Source: Chloroflexia bacterium (GTDB taxonomy: Bacteria > Chloroflexota > Chloroflexia > DTKN01). From it: a stretch of DNA of 64,000 bases. Below the pieces are notes generated by a model. It saw only the letters and a program-made list of their open reading frames with translations. It did no database searches and was not told the DNA's origin. Within the stretch, counting starts at the first letter, position 1; each line of letters begins with the position of its first letter. The DNA lies in the NCBI GenBank assembly GCA_049970175.1, contig JBMFNL010000009.1, positions 238 to 64,237 on the forward strand, in the 5' to 3' direction. A program made the position numbers and the translations under genes. Positions 57,286-64,000 of this stretch are shown here, one piece after another.

Positions 57286-58686
57286 ATGTTTACCCACGAG
57301 GCTTTCCTTTCCCCCTTTACCTGGCGCTACGGCAGTGAGGAGATGCGCCGGGTCTGGTCGGAGGAGCACCGCCGGCGGCTCATGCGCCGGGTCTGGGTGG
57401 CGCTGGCCCGGGCCCAATGCGAGGCCGGCCTGCTCCGCCCGGAACAGGTGGCCGACCTGGAGGCCCACCAGGACGATATCGACCTTGGGCGTGCCGCCGA
57501 GATCGAAAGTCGCGTCCGCCACGATGTGGTGGCCGAACTCCGTACCTTCGCCGAGCAGGCCCCCCTGGGCGGGCCCGTCCTGCACCTGGGGGCCACCAGC
57601 GCCGACATCACCGATAACGCCGATGCCCTCCGTCTGCGTCAGGCGCTGGAAATCCTCCTCCGCCGCCTGGCCGAACTCCTTCTGTCCCTGGCCGGCCCGA
57701 TCGAATCCCGCGCCGGGCAGCCCTGCATCGCCTGGACCCACCTCCAGCCGGCCGAACCCACCACCGTCGGCTACCGCCTGTCCCTCTACGCCCAGGACCT
57801 CCTGGCCGATTACCAGGACCTCCTCCACCTCCAGCGGAACATCTATGGCAAGGGCCTGAAGGGGGCCGTGGGCACCGCCGCGGCTTTTGCCCAACTCCTG
57901 GAAGGAAGCCTCCTGACGCCGGAAGCCCTGGAGGAACGCTTCATGGCCCTCCTCGGCCTGGAGGCCTTTCCCGCTACCGGCCAGACCTACCCCCGCCGCC
58001 AGGATTACCGGGTCCTCTGCGCCCTGGCCTCCCTGGGGGCCTCCCTCTACAAGTTCGCCTTCGACCTGCGTTTCCTCCAATCCCCGCCTGTGGGCGAGTG
58101 GAGCGAGCCGTTCGCTGCCGAACAGGTCGGCTCCTCGGCCATGCCCTTTAAACGCAACCCGGTGAACGCCGAGAAAGTGGACAGCCTGGCCCGCCTCCTG
58201 GCCGCCCTCCCCCGCGTGGCCTGGGATAACGCCGCCCACTCCCTCCTGGAGCGCACCCTGGACGACTCGGCCAACCGTCGCGAGGTCCTCCCGGTCGCCT
58301 TCCTGGCCGCCGACGAACTCCTCCTCACCGCCACGTCCCTGGTTCGGGAGATGCGTTTCGATGACGCCGCCATCGCCGCCAACCTGGCCCGCTACGGCAC
58401 CTTTGCCGCCACCGAGCGGCTCCTGATGGAACTGGTACAGGCCGGGGCCGACCGCCAGGAGATGCACGAACGCCTCCGCCGGCACAGCCTGGCCGCCTGG
58501 GAAGCCATCCGCGCCGGCCGGCCCAATCCCCTTCCCCAGAGCCTGGCCGCCGACCCGGAGGTGCGACGCTACCTTCCGGAGGAGCGCCTCCAGGCCCTCC
58601 TCGACGTCTCCAGATACCTGGGCCTGGCGCCCAAACGGGCCCGGGAAATGGCCCGCCGGGTGCGAGAGGTAGTCGGGTCGGGGTAA
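57286..58686 (+). CDS. purB: Adenylosuccinate lyase
   Basis: SP..WRYGS.EM; RHDVVA; LHLGATSADI.DNA; THLQPAEPTT; GSSAMPFKRNP; ERTLDDSANRR. Confidence 0.9.
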   Translation: MFTHEAFLSPFTWRYGSEEMRRVWSEEHRRRLMRRVWVALARAQCEAGLLRPEQVADLEAHQDDIDLGRAAEIESRVRHDVVAELRTFAEQAPLGGPVLHLGATSADITDNADALRLRQALEILLRRLAELLLSLAGPIESRAGQPCIAWTHLQPAEPTTVGYRLSLYAQDLLADYQDLLHLQRNIYGKGLKGAVGTAAAFAQLLEGSLLTPEALEERFMALLGLEAFPATGQTYPRRQDYRVLCALASLGASLYKFAFDLRFLQSPPVGEWSEPFAAEQVGSSAMPFKRNPVNAEKVDSLARLLAALPRVAWDNAAHSLLERTLDDSANRREVLPVAFLAADELLLTATSLVREMRFDDAAIAANLARYGTFAATERLLMELVQAGADRQEMHERLRRHSLAAWEAIRAGRPNPLPQSLAADPEVRRYLPEERLQALLDVSRYLGLAPKRAREMARRVREVVGSG

Positions 58687-58747
58687 TCGCCCGACGGCAA
58701 CGGCCGGCCCCCCGTTGGAGCGGCATTCGCTCCACTTCCCTTCGTCC

Positions 58748-60787
58748 TTACCGTATCGTTCCGGCCAGCAGCAGCGCCGTCATCCCGATCAACTTCATAA
58801 AAATGAGCAGGGCCGGGCCGGCCACGTCCTTCATCGGGTCGCCCACCGTATCGCCGATCACCGCCGCCTGGTGCTCCGGGGTGCCCTTGTGGCCGCCGGC
58901 CTCGATGATCTTCTTGGCGTTGTCAAAGGCGGTGCCGGTGTTGTTGAAGAACGGTCCCAGGAGGGCGGCCCCGGCCACCGCCCCGATGAGGAGGGCCCCC
59001 AGCGCCCACGGCCCCAAGGCGTACCCGACCACCACGGGCACGGCCACGGCGACCAGCCCCGGAAGCACCATCTCCTGCAGGGCGTGCCGGGCCGCGATGT
59101 CCACACAGGCCGCATAGTCCGGGCGGGCCGTCCCCTCCAGAATCCCCCGGATGGTCTGAAATTGCCGCCGCACCTCGTCCACCATCTTCAGCGCCGTCCG
59201 GGCGGTGGAGCCGATGACCAGCGAGGAGATCAGGTAGGGCAGGGCGATGCCCACAAAAAAGAGGGCCGGAACAAAGGGGGTGGAAAAGTCCAGGAAGGAG
59301 ATGCCGATCTGCTGGAAGAAGGTGGCAAAGAGGACGAAAGAGGTCACCGTCCCCGAGGCCATGGCATAGGCCTTGGTCGTCGCCTTCATCGTGTTGCCCA
59401 CGGCATCCAGCGAGGCCAGCGGCTGCACGACCTCCGCCTCGGCCCCGGACATCTCGGCGATGCCGGCGGCGTTATCGGTGATCGGGCCAAAGGCGTCGGC
59501 CGTCATGATGTAGCCGATCAGGAGGTCCGTGCCGATGTTGACCCCGATGATGGCCAGGAGAGAGCCGCCGGAGGCGATGTAGGCCAGGGTGACGGAGAGG
59601 ATGATCATGGCGATGGAGGCCAGCGGGCTCTGCAGCCCATAGCCCAGTCCGGTGATCAGGTTCAGCGCCGCCCCCCGGGCCGAGGCCTCGGCGATCTTTT
59701 TGACCGGCCGGCCGTGGACGCCGGCATAGTACCGGGTAAAGATCGAAGCCACCAGCATGGTCGCGATGCCCAGGAGACACCCCAGGAAGATGCTCAGGTC
59801 GTGGAGCAGGAATTCGCCCAGGAAGAAGGAGCCGGAAAGCGCCAGCACGGTGGTCACGGCCATGCCGAAGGTAAAGGCGTTTTCCGGGCTGACCTTCCGC
59901 AGCCAGCGCATGGAAAAGACCCCCACCAGGGAGGAAAGCAGCCCGGTGGATTGCAGAAGGTAGGGGAAAAAGACGGCCTGGGGTCCGTAGCGCCCGATGT
60001 AGCGGAGGGAGACGATGGTGCCGGTGATGATATCGTCGGAGAAACTTTCAAAGAGGTCGGAGCCGCGGCCGGCACAATCGCCGACGTTGTCGCCCACCAG
60101 GTCGGCGATCACCGCCGGATTGCGGGGATCATCCTCGGGGATGTTCTTCTCGATTTTCCCCACCAGGTCCGCCCCCACGTCGGCCGACTTGGTATAGATG
60201 CCCCCACCGATCTGGGCAAAGAGCGCGGCCAGGCTGGCCCCGAAGCCGAAGCCGACCATGGGCGTGGGGTCCCGGAAGAAGAGGTAGAGCAGGGAAAGGA
60301 GGAGCAGGCTGAAGCCGATAATGGAAAAGCCCATCACGGAGCCGCCGGCGACGGCCGTGCGGAAAGCCTCCCGGGGCGAGCGGAGGGCGTCCTCGGCCGT
60401 TTTGACGTTGGCCCGGACGGCCGCGTTCATCCCCAGGAGGGCCGTGGCCAGCGAGGTGACCACGCCCAGGATAAAGGTCAGCGCGGTCCAGGGGCCCAGA
60501 AAGAGGCCGATGGCCAGGGCCAGGACGGGGACGACCAGGAGGACGGTGCGGAACTGCCGGGTCAGGTAGGCCCGCACCCCCAAGGCGATGTAACCGGCGA
60601 TCTCGCGCATCCGAGGGTAGCGCCGCAGGGTCGAGGTGAGTTCCTTGCCTCGAACGGGAGGACGTTCCCGGGGCAGGGCCGAAGAACGGGCCAGTCCCAG
60701 GTAAATTCCTCCGGCGGCCAAGAGGGCCAGCAGTCCACTGGCGATGGAGACCACCAGTAGCAGCCAGAAGGGTTCTGAAGTGGGCAT
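58748..60787 (-). CDS. hppA: Membrane-bound pyrophosphatase, probably K+-independent H+-translocating type
   Basis: GGIYTKSADVGADLVGK.E..IPEDDPRNP; DNVGDCAG; GPITDNA; GNTMKATTK (Lys at the K+-independence position); GDTVGDP.KD. Confidence 0.9.
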   Translation of the reverse strand: MPTSEPFWLLLVVSIASGLLALLAAGGIYLGLARSSALPRERPPVRGKELTSTLRRYPRMREIAGYIALGVRAYLTRQFRTVLLVVPVLALAIGLFLGPWTALTFILGVVTSLATALLGMNAAVRANVKTAEDALRSPREAFRTAVAGGSVMGFSIIGFSLLLLSLLYLFFRDPTPMVGFGFGASLAALFAQIGGGIYTKSADVGADLVGKIEKNIPEDDPRNPAVIADLVGDNVGDCAGRGSDLFESFSDDIITGTIVSLRYIGRYGPQAVFFPYLLQSTGLLSSLVGVFSMRWLRKVSPENAFTFGMAVTTVLALSGSFFLGEFLLHDLSIFLGCLLGIATMLVASIFTRYYAGVHGRPVKKIAEASARGAALNLITGLGYGLQSPLASIAMIILSVTLAYIASGGSLLAIIGVNIGTDLLIGYIMTADAFGPITDNAAGIAEMSGAEAEVVQPLASLDAVGNTMKATTKAYAMASGTVTSFVLFATFFQQIGISFLDFSTPFVPALFFVGIALPYLISSLVIGSTARTALKMVDEVRRQFQTIRGILEGTARPDYAACVDIAARHALQEMVLPGLVAVAVPVVVGYALGPWALGALLIGAVAGAALLGPFFNNTGTAFDNAKKIIEAGGHKGTPEHQAAVIGDTVGDPMKDVAGPALLIFMKLIGMTALLLAGTIR

Positions 60788-60799
60788 CGTCCACCTGCT

Positions 60800-61459
60800 T
60801 CAGCCGAGCAAAATCCGGCGCAACGTCTCCTCGCTCCGTTCCGAGGTCACGGCGATCACCTGGTCGCCGGTCTGGAGCACCGTCTCGCCGTAGGGGATGA
60901 TGGCTTCCCTTCCGCCCCGGATGACCAGGGGAAAGATGCAATCGTCGGGGATGCCCAGTTCCTTGAGCGGCCGGCCCAGGGCCGGGGAGCCGGCCGGCAC
61001 CTCCAGTTCCACGAAACTGACCCCCACATTGCGCAGCGTCAACAGGTGCACAAGCGATTCCGAAGGGATGACCTGCTCGATCTGGGAGAGGATCACCTCC
61101 GTGCTGGAGACGGTAACGTCTATGCCCAGTTTACGGAAGATTTTCTCGTTTTTGGGGTTGTTGATCCGGGCGATGGTCCGGGGAACGTGGAAGCGGTGTT
61201 TGGCCACCTGGCAGATGACCAGGTTATCTTCGTCATCCCCGGTCACGGCGACGATCACATCGGCCCGGCCCACGCCGGCCTGCTCCATCACCGCGACCTC
61301 GCAGCCGTCCCCGGCCAGGACTCCGGAGCCCAACTCCTCGCTGAGCACGGCCCAGCGGCGCGGGTCCTTTTCGATCACCAGGACCTCGTGCCCCTCCTCC
61401 AGGAGCGATTTCGTCAGGTAGTAGCCGACCTTGCCTCCACCCACGACGACGATGTACAT
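60800..61459 (-). CDS. TrkA family RCK protein (TrkA_N plus TrkA_C)
   Basis: MYIVVVGGGKVG; GDG...MEQAG; VTGDDEDNL; ARINNPKN; C-terminal IPYGETVLQTGD. Confidence 0.9.
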   Translation of the reverse strand: MYIVVVGGGKVGYYLTKSLLEEGHEVLVIEKDPRRWAVLSEELGSGVLAGDGCEVAVMEQAGVGRADVIVAVTGDDEDNLVICQVAKHRFHVPRTIARINNPKNEKIFRKLGIDVTVSSTEVILSQIEQVIPSESLVHLLTLRNVGVSFVELEVPAGSPALGRPLKELGIPDDCIFPLVIRGGREAIIPYGETVLQTGDQVIAVTSERSEETLRRILLG

Positions 61460-61469
61460 GGTCGCCTCC

Positions 61470-61874
61470 TCACCGTCCTTTTCCCAGGATTTCCTCGATG
61501 CGCTCGGCCCCCCAGAGGGTGGGGCAGATCGTCTCCAATCCCAGGGAGTGGTAGAACTCTTCCCGTAGCGGATCGTAGAGCCGGCAGATCGCCCGGGGCA
61601 CGCCGAAGATCTCCCGGGCCACCTGCGCGGCCATGACGTTGGTGTTGTCCCAGTTGGTCGCCGCCACGAAGGCGTCGGCTTCCTCGATGCCGGCCCGGCG
61701 CAGCACGTCCTCGTCAATGCCCGTCCCCACGACCGTCCGGCCGGGGAAATCGTCCCCCAGCCGGGCCAGGGCCGCCGAGTCGTGGTCAATCACGGTGACC
61801 TCGTGCCCCTGCGAAACCAACCGTCGGGCCAGGTAGGCTCCCAGCCGCCCACAGCCCAGGATCACGACCTTCAT
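61470..61874 (-). CDS. TrkA_N-only RCK protein
   Basis: MKVVILGCGRLG; GTGIDEDVL..AGIE.AD.FVAAT..DNTN. Confidence 0.88.
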   Translation of the reverse strand: MKVVILGCGRLGAYLARRLVSQGHEVTVIDHDSAALARLGDDFPGRTVVGTGIDEDVLRRAGIEEADAFVAATNWDNTNVMAAQVAREIFGVPRAICRLYDPLREEFYHSLGLETICPTLWGAERIEEILGKGR

Positions 61875-62110
61875 CGTTCCTCCTTGTCCAGCACTTCCAC
61901 CTGTACCCCCTGCTCCTCCATCCACCGAAGCCCCTGGAGCACCTGCTCCTGTTCACCGCGCACGGCCAGGGTGAGCCGGCCTTCCTGCGAGGTCACGTGG
62001 GCCTCCAGGATGTTGGTCTGCACGTCAAACTGCCGGATCAGCCGGTAGAGGAGCGGCTGATCCAGGAGATGAGGGGGGTAGGTCAGACGGACTCGACGCT
62101 CGATCACCAT
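61871..62110 (-). CDS. Stand-alone NIL domain protein
   Basis: RVRLTYP..L.DQPLLY.LIRQFDVQTNIL.A.V...EG.L.L...GE...V..GL..MEEQGV.VE. Confidence 0.8.
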   Translation of the reverse strand: MVIERRVRLTYPPHLLDQPLLYRLIRQFDVQTNILEAHVTSQEGRLTLAVRGEQEQVLQGLRWMEEQGVQVEVLDKEER

Positions 62111-62111
62111 C

Positions 62112-62678
62112 TCATCCTCCCCGGCGGGCGACCCGGTCCAGGATCACCTCGCACTCGGCCCGGCGGACGACCTCCTGGGTCGTGCGGCCCAGCACCTCGC
62201 CTCCCGGCCCGCCCCGGCCCACGCTCATCACGATGGCGTCGGCCTGCTCCTCGCGGCTCAGGCGCAGGATGCCGTCCCAGGCGTAGCGATGCGGGATGAG
62301 CCGGGTGCGCACCGGAAGGCCGTGCTGTTCGACGATGAAGCGGGCCGTGCGCAGCGCCTCCTGTCCCCGGGCTTCCTCGGCCGGCATCGGGGTATTCAGG
62401 GAGAGGGTAAAGGGGACTTCGATGATATAGGCCAGGAGAATCTCGGCCTTTTGGGACTCGCCCAGCCGGCAGGCCAGTTCCACGGCCCGCTCCGAGGCCA
62501 GCCTTCCCGAAACCGGCACCAGGATGCGCTGCATGGCCGCCACCGAGCGCCGCACGGCGGCCACCTCGTGGGGCACCGGCGGGGGTACCCGGAACATCCA
62601 GAAGAAGAGCGAGCCCATGGCCGCGACAAAGACCACGGCCAGGGCGATGCCGATCGGATTCCAGACGGGCGTCATCAT
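62112..62678 (-). CDS. Universal stress protein with an N-terminal TM
   Basis: RILVPVSG..AS.RAVELA; DAIVMS; LGRTTQEVVRRAECEVIL. Confidence 0.82.
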   Translation of the reverse strand: MMTPVWNPIGIALAVVFVAAMGSLFFWMFRVPPPVPHEVAAVRRSVAAMQRILVPVSGRLASERAVELACRLGESQKAEILLAYIIEVPFTLSLNTPMPAEEARGQEALRTARFIVEQHGLPVRTRLIPHRYAWDGILRLSREEQADAIVMSVGRGGPGGEVLGRTTQEVVRRAECEVILDRVARRGG

Positions 62679-62917
62679 CGGCTCTTCCCCCTCCGTTTCT
62701 GCCGGAGCAACCACAGGCGACTTCCGGCCAGGTAGAGGCGGTGTATCCCCAGGGACAGCATGGCCCCGCCCACCAGGATGCCGGGCACCGTTGGAGCGAT
62801 GGCGAAGGTGCGGACGATGATGAGCACGCCCAGAGGGACCATCAGAGCTCCCAAGGCGATGTGCAGGATATCGAGAGTGGTCAGGCGTTCGGGCGGTGGG
62901 AGGGAGCGGCGGAGCAT
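62675..62917 (-). CDS. Small two-TM membrane protein
   Basis: Two hydrophobic helices; abuts the permease stop and overlaps the USP start (ATGA). Confidence 0.65.
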   Translation of the reverse strand: MLRRSLPPPERLTTLDILHIALGALMVPLGVLIIVRTFAIAPTVPGILVGGAMLSLGIHRLYLAGSRLWLLRQKRRGKSR

Positions 62918-64000
62918 CTAGACCTCCTCGCTCCAGCGCGAAGGGATGCCGCGGGCGCGGTCGCGCCGAATCAGGGCCTGCTTGTACTGTTCCACCAGTT
63001 CGTACTCCTCGGCACCGGTCAGCACGTCGATCTGCTCCTTTTCCCAATCGTGGGGCACGTTGCCGAAGATGGGCAGGCCGTTGCGGTGGCGGAAGATCAC
63101 ATAGTAGATGGTGCCGATGAGCAGCCACAGCGGGCCGGCGATGCGGGCGATCTGGTGGGTGATGAGCACGGCCACAAAGATGCTGGTCACGCCGAGCAAT
63201 CCCAGGGTGCCCAGGATGGGAAACTCGATGACCGTGCCGTCTTTGCGCTTCCATTTCACATTGAGCGGCACCTTGTAGGGGCGAGGGGAGTAGGGGTCGG
63301 TGAAGCGCAGCCAGATCAGGGAAAGGTAAACCAGGATGTAGCCGAAGGTGGCCCCGAAGGCGTAGAGGTTGGCCAGGGTGTCCAGCACCCTGGGGGTCAG
63401 AAAGGCGATGATGGTCAGAACGATGCTCACCCAGCCAAAGCCGACGATGGCGTTGCTGGGTGTGCGATACTTGGGATGGACGTGGCTGAACCACTTGCTG
63501 ACCAACTTGAAGTGACCCATCGAAAAGATCAGCCGCGAGTCCCCCATCACACCGGTGTTGGAGGAAATAAAAAGGATGGTCGCACCCAGAACAGCGGCAA
63601 AGGGTCCGGCGATCATTCCCAGGTAGGGGATGTGGGAGGCCAGGTAGGCGATGGGGTCCGATTCGTGGGCCTTGAACTCCTGCCAGGGGAGGATGCCCAG
63701 CCCCACGGTGGAAAAGCCCACCGCCAGGATGAAGACGGTGAAGATGAGGGCGATGGAGGTGCGGGGAATGACGGTGGCCGGCCGGCGCGTCTCCTGCGCC
63801 GCCTGGGAGATGCTCTCCAGGCCCACGAAGGAGATGATGGCCAGCGAGAAGCCGTAGAGGAACTGCTGAAGGCTGGGGAACTCGTGCAGGAACTGCTGCA
63901 CCAGCAACTCCGGCTTCCAGGCCAGGATGAAGCCAAAAACAATGATGGACATCTCCATAAGCAAGTCTACCAAGCCGATGACCTCGTTCACCCGGGAGGA
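62918..64000 (-). CDS. APC superfamily permease, 5'-truncated by the window edge
   Basis: FVGLESISQAAQE; SSNTGVMG.SRL.FSM; HPKYRTP; LANLYAFGA; PRPYKVP; frame remains open past base 64000. Confidence 0.85.
   Translation of the reverse strand, partial: SSRVNEVIGLVDLLMEMSIIVFGFILAWKPELLVQQFLHEFPSLQQFLYGFSLAIISFVGLESISQAAQETRRPATVIPRTSIALIFTVFILAVGFSTVGLGILPWQEFKAHESDPIAYLASHIPYLGMIAGPFAAVLGATILFISSNTGVMGDSRLIFSMGHFKLVSKWFSHVHPKYRTPSNAIVGFGWVSIVLTIIAFLTPRVLDTLANLYAFGATFGYILVYLSLIWLRFTDPYSPRPYKVPLNVKWKRKDGTVIEFPILGTLGLLGVTSIFVAVLITHQIARIAGPLWLLIGTIYYVIFRHRNGLPIFGNVPHDWEKEQIDVLTGAEEYELVEQYKQALIRRDRARGIPSRWSEEV

Overview
High-GC bacterial chromosomal window with no rRNA, tRNA, CRISPR array, integrase or transposase recognised. 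Gene content (hrcA-grpE-dnaK with CIRCE, dnaG-rpoD, recG-rsmD-coaD, topA, greA-lysS, purB, acsC/acsD, membrane PPase, FemABX-like transferase, Tad minor pilins, P/T-linker surface proteins) suggests Chloroflexota, probably Anaerolineae-like; this taxonomy is inference. Most notable sequence-level signal: a dispersed REP-like palindrome family (GGTTGAGTAG-[hairpin]-CGTATCGAAACC and GTTTCGACAGGCTCAAC) at about 7 loci. Two copies lie in-frame inside dnaG and topA, and an unrelated palindrome lies in-frame in a GT2 gene. Other items of interest: a 1973-aa GH99-like protein with 12 FN3-like repeats and a near-perfect 606-bp tandem duplication; a histidine-phosphatase homolog lacking its catalytic residues, coupled to an unannotated 57-aa ORF and a TIGR00725-like gene; a perfect CRP/FNR box at the class II position; an extra OB-like module in LysS; a stand-alone acsD-acsC pair; and an APC permease-USP-NIL-TrkA-TrkA-PPase operon. 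All family assignments come from motif recognition by eye; no database searches were run.
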